This document shows, piece after piece, positions 1 to 9,404 of a stretch of DNA of 64,000 bases; positions within the stretch are counted from its first letter, which is position 1; each line of letters opens with the position of its first letter. A model generated the notes under the pieces. It saw only the letters and a list, made by a program, of their open reading frames with translations. It did not search any database and was not told where the DNA came from. Source of the stretch: Rhodosorus marinus CCMP1338 (taxonomy: Eukaryota > Plantae > Rhodophyta); contig JAMWBK010000005.1 in the NCBI GenBank assembly GCA_029953675.1, positions 124,001 through 188,000 on the forward strand, read 5' to 3'. Position numbers and translations under genes: made by a program.

Positions 1-544
1 CGTCATAACTTCCTGGCAGTCGACCGTTACGGTAACCGGTTTCGGGGGCGAGGTGGTTGCCTACGGCCTGGCGCGGGAGATCATGCGGAGATGGTGCAGA
101 ATTCGTAGTAGCGGCTCCACCTTCCCACATACCCGGTTTCCGGGACAACTCCGTAAGGCGTCCGGTGACGCCTTGCAGCTCTTGCGAGCTGTTGACTCGC
201 GAGTACAGTTGAAAAACTGCTTTGTAGAAGTCTGTAATTTCGGACGCAGCGATGCCCAGGTCCTGGTAGCATCTGTCGAAGCTACGCAGTTGATGCAAGA
301 ATGTGGCTACCGGGTCGGTTGCGGCTGCAGACTCGGTCCGCGTTCTTGCTTGAACATGGCCTGCTTGTGGTTCCGTCGGTGCCTCCTGCACGTCGCCATC
401 AGACTGGTGCTGGTGCCTTTGCAAAACTGCCCGGGTGCCCGAGGGGTCCGGGCCGTGAATGACAAGAGGTTCGGGGTACGGGCCGCGTACCTCCCTCACA
501 ATCATCTTCGGACTCTCTTACGAACTTTTCCTTTTGTCTTCACG
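1..544 (-). mobile_element. 5' end and ORF1 N-terminus of a family-A RLE non-LTR retrotransposon, continuing left of the window
   Basis: Bases 1-~262 are near-identical to 34201-34470, the ORF1 region of the large family-A copy; on the minus strand the element starts directly after GTTAGTCTGG. Confidence 0.8.
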
Positions 545-689
545 CCAGACTAACCCCAGACTAACGTCAGACTAACGTAACTGTAAGCTTTATTGGGCAG
601 CCGCCTAACCGTGGTCCCAGACTAACGTAACCGTAAAATTTACTGGGCAGCTGCCTACTGCAGCGTATCAAACCCCAGATTAACGTAAC
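545..689. repeat. Three telomere-like CCCCAGACTAACGTAA units (545-581, 616-631, 671-689) separating 30-40 bp retroelement 3' tips
   Basis: Direct reading; the intervening pieces match the conserved 3' end GCAGCTGCCCAGTAAAGCTTACGG of families A/D. Confidence 0.85.
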
Positions 690-1526
690 GGTAAGCTTTA
701 CTGGGCAGCTGCCTACTGCAGCGCAACACTACGTCTAATCCTATCTAGGGAAAAACTTACTGGAACCCCGCTACCGGGGTCTCATGCTACGTTCAAAAGA
801 AAAAACAGGCACCAGCGGATTCTCCAACTGGTCCACGCGCAAAGCGCCTAGTGCTATCTCTGCGTTACCTCGCCATAGTTGCCGGTTTATCTGGGATCTC
901 ACGTCTCTCAGCTCCTCACTCCTGTGCAGTAGGTGTTTGCAGCTGTCGCGGAGGAACTCTTGTGCTATTTGCCCCGTACGCCCAAACGTCTCTATCGCTA
1001 TCGGGATGAACTTGTCATCCGGTTTCTCGATCACCATCGCTTCCTTGTAGTGAGCGATTTTCCACTTCTCCGCAGCTCTCGCCGCGTATCCGCTATCATC
1101 TTGGCTCCGCCGCAAATATTTTCCCTGTAATGGTGACACCACAGTCACATCCAGCGCATACCTTTGTTTGGTCCTCGGATGCCTAGCAACGATATCAGGT
1201 CGCAGTCCGTAGTTCTCGAAGTACCCCTCAGGTTCTTGCTCTACTTCCATGAACTTCCATCGCCTCAGCCACCGTGCCAGCTCTCTGCAGATTTCGTCGT
1301 GCCTACGTTGCCACAGTCCAGTTGATGTTGGGCAGTGATGAAACCGTTGTACCCCAGTCCTTCCGTGTTTACTCCGGCAACTAGTGCACTTCTCGGTGGT
1401 CCGCAATCCCGGAATTGGCAGCCCCAGCAGTTGTCGACGTTTACCTGCATCTCAACCGCACTCAATTTTTTCGGTGTCAGCGTTGGTATTTCACGCAGCC
1501 AGACTCCCGACCCGGATCCCGCGGCG
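690..1526 (-). mobile_element. 5'-truncated family-A element (CCHC + RLE domain + 3' UTR)
   Basis: ORF 771-1406: CTSC...HHC, RHDE, RPDI, LDVTVVSP, K..HY, FIPIAIETFG, i.e. zinc knuckle plus PD-(D/E)xK nuclease. Confidence 0.9.
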
Positions 1527-1539
1527 GGGGAGTAAAAGA

Positions 1540-1730
1540 GGTGCTCCGCAACAGAAAGCAGTGCAAGATCTGAGCAAAGCGCGGTAAACGGGCGTGGCAA
1601 GCCACTAAACAAACATAAACCCCTCCAGAAAAATATTTGTAACAAAAGCATCTAAAATTTAGATGCATCAAGTTGCTACACTTGATAGAACAGATACTAC
1701 ACTTGATCTTAGCCAAAAGGCCGAGAAGAT
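1540..1730 (-). ncRNA. U2: Full-length U2 snRNA sequence, probably a retrocopy
   Basis: Starts ATCTTCTCGGCCTTTTGGCTAAGATCAAGTGTAGTATCTGTTCT (canonical U2 5' end and branch-point pairing region). Stem IIa ATCAAG/CTTGAT, stem IIb GCATCTAA/TTAGATGC, IIc pairing TGTAGCAA/TTGTTACA, Sm-like ATTTTTCTGG, stem IV with TTGCAC loop; 191 nt. Confidence 0.95.
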
Positions 1731-1873
1731 CCCCAGACTAACGTAACCGTAAACTTTACTGGGCAGCTGCCTACTGCAGCGTATCACTAGTGCTACTACT
1801 ATCTAGGGAAAAGCTTACGCTAACCCCGCTACCGGGGTCTCATGCTACATAAGAAAAAACTGGGACCAGTGGA
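1731..1873 (-). mobile_element. Telomere-like unit (1731-1747) plus ~125 bp family-A 3' tip
   Basis: CCCCAGACTAACGTAAC followed by the antisense 3' UTR (gcagctgcctactgcagc, ctaccggggtctcatg). Confidence 0.85.
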
Positions 1874-2600
1874 CCCTAGACTACTTTCTACGCTGCCTCG
1901 CCTACCCCTTTGGAAGAACACTTGCACGGGAAGCGGACGCCCGGACGCGTTATCACCTCGATACGCTATTTGGAGGCCTCACTACTACGGCCATCGAGGA
2001 CCCTGACTACGAAAACTCTACACTAGCCCAGATCGCACTCCCATGTCGATGGGGAGGACTGGGATTCGCTACTAGACATCGGATCCAGCCCATCGCCTTC
2101 TACTCGGCCCGGTGCGAAACTTTCGAAGGTAATATATAAATAACGGGGAATGGCCATATCTCACAGAGGTACAAGAGCAATCATCTTCAGAGGTACCTGC
2201 AGACACACACACACTGAGGAGAATCCAAAGGTCGACAGCACAGCTTCCTGACCAAATCCGCGCGTCTGCAGCAGCAACAACGCAGACTGCGCCCAGAGGC
2301 CCCCGAGCGAATCAAGACCTTGGCCACCCTGAAGCAGAGAACCGAAACCGCCGCAGGAGCAGAAGAAGCCCGACCATGGAAACATGGTTCCATTCAACAA
2401 ACCCTCTCCAGAGAGGCACACTATGCAGCTTTCCAAAGACTAGTATCGAGCAAATCTTGGCTGAAGATCGGGCCAGAATTCGGTCCGCAGTCGGAGCTGG
2501 ATCAGGAGTGTGGTTACGGGAAATGCCGACGCTCGCCCCAAACTGAGTACAGTAGAACTGCAAGTGAATGTACGACAGCTGTTGGGTTTGCCGATACCGG

Positions 2601-2900
2601 TGTAACGATTCAGGTTTCCAACTGTCCGGATCCAAGTTATTTCCCAAACCTCCACTATTTTTTATGTTTTTCTTATCTTGGATACCTGCCTCTAGCTCTC
2701 ATCTTAGGAAGGAAGGTCGTAACTCTCGTATTTATAGTCTTCTGACCCATGACCTGGGTATGCTAGATTACTATTATTAGCCAAGACCGTACCATATCTT
2801 GCCCGCTGCGAGCCATCTTGGCCTTACCAGTTTTTGTACCCATTCTGGTTATTTTTAGCTCACCGATACGTTTAGCCAGATGTCAGGTCAGGACGTCACA
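2601..2900 (-). repeat. 3' LTR
   Basis: TGTAAC...GTCACA; differs from 7291-7590 at one base that I could see (ctt/cct). Confidence 0.95.
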
Positions 2901-2912
2901 CTCCTCCCCACT
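2901..2912 (-). promoter_or_regulatory. Polypurine tract
   Basis: AGTGGGGAGGAG immediately before the 3' LTR on the minus strand. Confidence 0.8.
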
Positions 2913-2923
2913 GAAAGAGAGAG

Positions 2924-5900
2924 CTACCCGGTTGCTGAAGAGGCTGCTCTATGAAGGTTAACATAGTATCTAATTTGCTTCCGAGTATTCTGATTCTGAG
3001 GTAGTTGATGGTAAGGTAACCATCTCAAGTCATCGGTGGTCTCACCTTGGAAGTAAACGAAATATTCGTCCAGCTGCGCAGCATTCAGTCGATGCCCAAG
3101 TACTGACTTAATCTCTCTTTGTGAATAAGTGGGTAGAAACGCTGTCGTCTTAGGAGTACTTCCTGGTTCAGGTCCATTAAATTTCCGCAAGAGAGATACG
3201 TGGAAAACGTCGTGAATGTCCTGCTTTCCTCCCAGATCCAACTTGTAAGCGACTTCTCCGATTTTTCGTAGAATCTTAAAAGGTCCAATATATCGGGGTC
3301 GAAAAACGTTTGAACCTGGAAGTTGGAGATTCTGTGTAGATAAAAGGACATAATTTCCTACTTCGTAGCTGATCTCCTTTCCTCGATCATAGTAATGACG
3401 TTGACATTCTTGGGCGTAACGTAGGTTAGCTTTTGCGAGCAACCGTTGGTCCTGTTGTTGTTGCATCATAACTGTGGCGGCCTCAGGTAGTGGTCGGGAG
3501 GGATTTTCGCTGGCGGGAACTGTGATGTCAAAAGGTAATCTCGGATTCGCGCCATAAAGCAACTCGAAAGGCGAGAATTGCGTTGAGTCTGAAACCTGGC
3601 AGTTGTAAGCTAGCTCTGCAATTGGAAGGTCGGTCGCCCAGGTCGAGGTTGTTGAATTACATCTCAGGTATGTCTTGAACGTCTGGTTCGTTCGCTCGGT
3701 TTGTCCGTCTGTTTGCGGATGATACGCCGTGCTTAGTTTCTGCTGGATCTTTATCAGCCTCATTAATTCCTTCCAAAAATGCCCCGTGAATTTTGAATCT
3801 CGATCCGAAACAATATTTTCAGGTACCCCCGCGAACCTAATCCAATGACGCATGAATAACTTCGCGGTTGTCTGTGCAGTCGCCGTTGTCGTTGTTGGAA
3901 GGAAACGGGCGTATTTGGAGAACCGATCGACAATGACAAGGATCGCGTCAAAGCCTTCGGTGGTCGTCGGTAAGGCCGTAATGAAATCCATAGAAATGGA
4001 TTGGAACTTACTATCAGGTATCGGCAAAGGTTGTAGCTTTCCTGCTGAGTATCGCAGTGGCTTCTGTTTCTGGCAGACTTCGCAGGTTCGTAGGACGTCT
4101 TCAATATCCCGCTTTAACGTCGGCCAGTAGTATTTCCGCTTTAGTAGACTGATGGTCTTCGTGATTCCGAAATGACCACCCGTAGGTTCCGTGTGGTAGC
4201 TTTCCAAAAGTTCGGGTACCATGGAGTCTGGTATACAGATTCGGTGATGCCGGTACAGGACGTCGCCCCTTCTGATAAAACCTTGCTCCCGATACTTCGG
4301 AGGACTTTGATAGATCTCCGCAAACTCAGGGTCTTCGAGGTACGCCTGCGACCAGTCCACATCGGTCGTGATAGTGGACTCAACCATCTGTTGCACGGCA
4401 TGACGACTTAACGCATCCGCAATATTCTCCTTGCCTTTTTTATACTCTATCGTAAAGGAGAAGGGCAACAGCCGGTTGACGTAACGTGCTTGCCGTTTGG
4501 TGAGTTCCTTCTGAGAGCGAAGGAACCTCAGCGGGTGGTGGTCCGTCCGAACGGTGAATTCTGAGCCCTCCAGATACATTCTCCAATTTAGGATCGCAGC
4601 TGATAATGCGAATAATTCCTTCTCATAGGTCGAGTATCTGGTCTCGGCTCCAGAAAATCGTTTGGAAAAATAAGCGATGGGGTGCTCGCCATCGTCGAAC
4701 CGTTGAAGGAGGACGGCCCCCATACCTTGATTACTGGCGTCTGTATGTACAATGAAGGTGCGTTGGAAGTCTGGTGTACGAAGCACGGGTTGTTCAGTAA
4801 TCTGCTGCTTCAATATCTCGAATGCTTTTTGCTGTTCTGGGCCCCACTCAAACTTGACTTCGTTCTTGGTTAATGCAGTCAAAGGTGCCGTAGTCATGCT
4901 AAACTTCGGAATGTAATTTCGTAGGTAATTTGCGAAACCCATGAAAGAACGTATATCTTTAACGTTCTGAGGGGTTGCCCACTGCCGTATCGCTTCTACC
5001 TTAGCAGGATCTGGTCGTCGGGTTCCGCTACCCACTAGATGTCCGAGGTAACAAGTTTCGGGTACTCCGAACGTACATTTAAATGATTTCGCGTACAATT
5101 TATGCGCCCGTAGTTTGTCGAAGACTAAATTCAGATGTACTCGGTGTGTCTCCAGGTTTTGCGAGTAGACAACAATGTCGTCAAAGAAAATTTTGACAAA
5201 GTTATTTAGCTCGCTGAAGAATATGTGGTTCAACAGTCGGGTGAACACTGCGGGTGCGTTCTTCAACCCGAAGGGCATGACTAGCCATTCGTACAGTCCG
5301 AATGGTGTCGTGAAGGCTGTTTTCGGTACGTCGCCTTCATTCACCCGCAACTGCCAGTAGCCACCTCTGAGGTCAATTACACTCAGGTATTATGCAGATC
5401 CCAATGCGTCTAGGCAGTCCTCAATGCGCGGCGGACTTGTTTGATTGGTGATGGTTTGTAAATTCAACCGTCGATAATCAATACAAAGTCTCTTGCTTCC
5501 ATCCTTCTTATCCACGAATAGACAGGGCGACGCGAAAGGAGATGAACTTGGTCGAATCAACTTCCTCTCCAATAACTTTTGTAATTGCCTCTTAAGCTCT
5601 TGTTGATCGGGCAGGCTCATGCGGTAGGGCCGTTGCACCGCTGGTTCTGCTCCGGGTACTAGCTCGATCCCAAAGTTGACCTCACGCCAGGGAGGTAACT
5701 CATTGATCGTATCCGCAAAGACGTCCGGGTAAGCTGTAGTGATATGTTCCGTCAATTGTTTTTCTTCATTTTTTCGTTGGTTGTTCCATGCAGTAGCTTC
5801 TGGTTGTTTCATACGTTCTGTTATCTGGCCAAGGTTCACTTCCTTATCAATTTCCTCATCAAGATGTTTTTCTGACTCATTTTCAGGTTCATCAGGGTTT

Positions 5901-6292
5901 TCAGGATCGTCAGAGTTTATGTCTGACACTGCCTCTGGCATCAGGGTTAGGGTTTGTTCCGGTATCAAAATTAAAGTCTGGTTCTGGAGATCCAATTGTG
6001 CGTTAAGACTTTTCAGAAAGTCTCTTCCTAGGTATCCAGGGCTTGCGGCGTCCTTCACAATATAGGGTTGCCAATTGAAGCTATGACCGCCGAGTTGTAA
6101 GGTCATTTTGGCCTTGCCCAATATTTCTATTGACGCGCCCGGGTAGGCTGTGTCCAATTTCCCGTGTTGAGTCGAAATTGTTGGAGTGACGTCCGGTCTC
6201 CCTCTCAAGACGGAATGACTGCTCCCTGTATCGACGAGCAGTGTAACGGCCTTACCATTCACCAAGCCAGGTACCGTCATATCATTATTCAT
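2924..6292 (-). pseudogene. pol: gypsy pol (protease-RT-RNaseH-integrase-chromodomain-like) with one in-frame stop at 5390-5392
   Basis: LVDTGSS protease; FFDDIVVYS RT; VHTDAS/ELFAL RNase H; H..H..C..C plus SMDF/SDRD/GQTERTN integrase. ORFs 5390-6292 and 2924-5350 share a frame across DALGSA*YLSVIDLRGGYWQ. Confidence 0.9.
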
Positions 6293-6333
6293 CTGGATCG
6301 AGACGCCTTTTCTTGCAGCAGTGGCGGCGTCGG

Positions 6334-7107
6334 TTACTGCTGCGTTCGCGGCGGAGCCGATTTCGAGACCGTCATGTCTCGGTCAGGATTATCCCAACAG
6401 ATGCGTTGGGTATGGCCCGTCTTGCCGCAGTAGTTACAGATTATGTTCGCATATTTGCTTCGGTTGAGCTCTTGCGTCCTTGGTGGATATTGACGTCCCG
6501 AACGGGTTTGTCTGCTCGCAGAAGGAGTCGCCCTTGGTACCGGTTTTGGTTGTTCGTAGGGCGTCTGTTCCTTACGCGAATTTGAGCTGCAACTCGCAAT
6601 GTCCGCTCCTTCGATCTTAAGGGCCAGGGCCTGAGCCTCTTCGAAGGTGGTTATATCTTGAATGTAAATATATTTCTTGAAGTCTGGTTGCAACCCTTCC
6701 ACGAAGCGATCAAATTTCTCCGAGTCTGATATTTCTCCAACCTGGATCAAGCATTTGTTAAAATACGCTGTATAGGCGGCGACCGTTGTGCGTTGTACGG
6801 CGCGTGCCAATTGCTGCTTGGCGCGGATCTTCGCGTCAGCCGGGTAAAATTGGGATTTTAACGCTTCCTCAAATCCGGCGTAGTGTAGGGGTCTTTTCGC
6901 GTCCGGGATGAGGGACCACCAGTAGGAGGCGTCCCCTGTGAGGTAACCCTCCGCCAAAGTAATTTTGTAGTCATCGTCGTTGTCGGGCAATCGGGCTAAT
7001 TTGAAATAAGTCCGAAGGTTGTTCAGGAAGGTGCTTATGACGAGCGCGTCCCGCTTGCCATCGTATGCCTTAGGCTGCGGTGCTTGAATCTTTATCAAAG
7101 ATGCCAT
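6334..7107 (-). CDS. gag: gypsy gag
   Basis: PKAYDG capsid motif and CNYCGKTGHTQRIC zinc knuckle. Confidence 0.9.
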   Translation of the reverse strand: MASLIKIQAPQPKAYDGKRDALVISTFLNNLRTYFKLARLPDNDDDYKITLAEGYLTGDASYWWSLIPDAKRPLHYAGFEEALKSQFYPADAKIRAKQQLARAVQRTTVAAYTAYFNKCLIQVGEISDSEKFDRFVEGLQPDFKKYIYIQDITTFEEAQALALKIEGADIASCSSNSRKEQTPYEQPKPVPRATPSASRQTRSGRQYPPRTQELNRSKYANIICNYCGKTGHTQRICWDNPDRDMTVSKSAPPRTQQ

Positions 7108-7277
7108 TCTCGTTCAAGTTTTCTGATTCTCTGGTTAAAAAGGTCAATTGCCGTTTGTTGATAGGCTAACTGCTTCTGGGTCGTCGTCTTTGAAGGTGTT
7201 ATAGGATATTCCTCTGGTTCTGAAGTTTCAGGAGTTCCTCTGGTTTCGGGGTTCAGGTTCCGTCAATCGCAACACAT

Positions 7278-7289
7278 GCGATGAGACCA
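7278..7289 (-). promoter_or_regulatory. Primer-binding site TGGTCTCATCGC
   Basis: TGG starts 1 nt after the 5' LTR; the complement ends ...GATGAGACCA like a tRNA 3' end. Confidence 0.7.
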
Positions 7290-7290
7290 A

Positions 7291-7590
7291 TGTAACGATT
7301 CAGGTTTCCAACTGTCCGGATCCAAGTTATTTCCCAAACCTCCACTATTTTTTATGTTTTTCTTATCTTGGATACCTGCCTCTAGCTCTCATCCTAGGAA
7401 GGAAGGTCGTAACTCTCGTATTTATAGTCTTCTGACCCATGACCTGGGTATGCTAGATTACTATTATTAGCCAAGACCGTACCATATCTTGCCCGCTGCG
7501 AGCCATCTTGGCCTTACCAGTTTTTGTACCCATTCTGGTTATTTTTAGCTCACCGATACGTTTAGCCAGATGTCAGGTCAGGACGTCACA
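7291..7590 (-). repeat. 5' LTR
   Basis: 300 bp, near-identical to 2601-2900. Confidence 0.95.
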
Positions 7591-8340
7591 AGCGGCAATA
7601 CGGACGTCCGGGAAGTGTACTAGTTGTGGTAGTACTCATGGTACTAACGGCGTAAAAAGGTTTCACCACTGCCCAACATCGACGGGACTATGGCAGCGAA
7701 GGCACGACGAAATCTGTACGAAGCTGGCGCGATGGCTGAATGCTGGAATTTCATCGACATTAAGCAAGAACCGGAGGGGTACTTCGAGAACTACCGACTA
7801 AGACCGGATATAATTGCAACTCATCCCAGGACGTTCCAAAGGTATGCGCTGGATGTGACGGTTACATCGCCGTGCAGGAGAAAAACGTGAATCGGAGTGG
7901 GTCAGAGAACGGATATGCAGCGAAAAGAGCGGAGAGGTGGAAAATGGCGCATTACAAAGAGGCTATGTCAGTGGAGAAGCCAGATGACAAGCTCATTCCC
8001 ATTGCGATCGAGAGCTTTAGGCGTACAGGACAAATGGCGCAAGAATTTCTACGAGATAGATGCAAGTATTTGTTGCACCGGAGCCTAGAACTGAGCCTAG
8101 AACTGAGGGATGTTCGGGCTCAGATCAACCGCAAATTATGGCAGGGGAACGCGGAGATAGCGATAGGCGCTCTCCGAGTGAACCAGTTGGCGAATGCACT
8201 GGTCCCTGTTTTTCCTTTCGAACGTAGCATGAGACCCCGGTAGCGGGGTTGGCGTAAGCTCTTCCCTAGATAGTAGTAGCACTAGTGATACGCTGCAGTA
8301 GGCAGCTGCCCGGTAAAGTTTACGGTTACGTTAGTCCGGG

Positions 8341-9394
8341 CTAACCCCAGACGGGACAGATGGCACAGGAGTTTCTCCGGGACAGCTGTAAACACCTATT
8401 GCACAGGAGATGATCCGTTTATTCAGAGGCTAACTACCCTGATAAGCGAGAGACAAGACGCTGATGACGCGCGTCCACAAACAAAGAAGAATTGGAGCGC
8501 CACAGGGTCAAAGAAAGCTCCGTGAGCAGACTATCTAAACGCCCTGGGTCGGAGCGAGGAGCTGAGCGATGTAAGATCGCAGATCAACAGGCAACTTTGG
8601 CGAGGTAATGCAGAGATAGCCCTAGGCGCTTTGCGCGTGGACCAGTTGGAAAATCCACTGGTCCCTCTTTTTTCTTTTGAACGTAGCATGAGACCCCGGT
8701 AGCGGGGTTCGGGTAAGTATTCCCCTAGATAGCCGTTAGTCTGGTCCGTAGCCGTAAGCTTTACCCCAGACTAACCTAATCGTAAGCTTTACTGGGCAGC
8801 TGCCTACTGCAGCGTAAGACTACTTCTATCGCTATCTAGGGGAATACTTACCCGAACCCCGCTACCGGGGTCTCATGCTACGTTCAAAAGAAAATAGAGG
8901 GACCAGTGGATTCTCCAACTGGTCCACGCGCAAAGCGCCTAGGGCTATCTCTCTGCATTACCTCGCCAAAGTTGCCTGTTGATCTGCGATCTTACATCGC
9001 TCAGCTCCTCGCTCCTGTGCAATAGGTGTTTGCAGCTGTCCCGGAGAAATGTGTCCCGTCTGGGGTAGTAGGCAGCTGCCCAGTAAAGCTTACGGTTACC
9101 CAATGACACAAGAGTTCCTCCGCGACAGCTGCAAACACTTACTGCACAGGAGTGAGGAGCTGAGAGATGTGAGATCGCAGATGAACCGGCAACTATGGCG
9201 AGGTAATGCAGAGATAGCACTAGGCGCTTTGCGCGTGGACCAGTTGGAGAATCCGCTGGTGCCTGTTTTTTCTTGAACGTAGCATGAGACCCCGGTAGCG
9301 GGGTTCCAGTAAGTTTCTCCCTAGATATGATTAGACGTAGTGTTGCGCTGCAGTAGGCAGCTGCCCAGTAAAGCTTACGGTTACCCCAGACTAA
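8341..9394. mobile_element. Cluster of 40-350 bp family-A 3' fragments in both orientations with telomere-like scraps at the junctions
   Basis: Repeated QEFLRDSCKHLLHRSEEL...SMRPR tails; scraps ctaaccccagac, gttagtctgg, accccagactaac, gtctggggt, cccagactaa. Confidence 0.8.
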
Positions 9395-9404
9395 AATAAC
9401 CCCG

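Larger units (their letters stand above)
2601..7590 (-). mobile_element. Full-length Ty3/gypsy LTR retrotransposon with a chromodomain-like integrase tail
   Basis: Two 300-bp TG..CA LTRs, PBS, PPT, gag with CCHC, PR-RT-RH-IN order, flanks ACCGG/AGCGG. Confidence 0.95.
1876..8330 (+). mobile_element. 5'-truncated family-A element (1876-2600 + 7591-8330) split by the gypsy insertion
   Basis: Reads LDYFLRCLAYPFG...QIALPCRWGGLGF...LLGLPIP, resumes AIRTSGKCTSC...RHDE after the second LTR; frameshifted; 3' UTR and telomere-like unit at 8324-8340. Confidence 0.85.

Noticed and set aside
1540-1730. Utopia/Keno-type insertion into a U2 gene
   Set aside because: Those elements split U2 near its 5' end; here U2 is intact and the retroelement starts only after its 3' end.
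8461-8520. Hammerhead ribozyme at CTGATGA (also minus strand at 12477-12483)
   Set aside because: No GAAA directly after a stem II and no closing stems I/III could be built.
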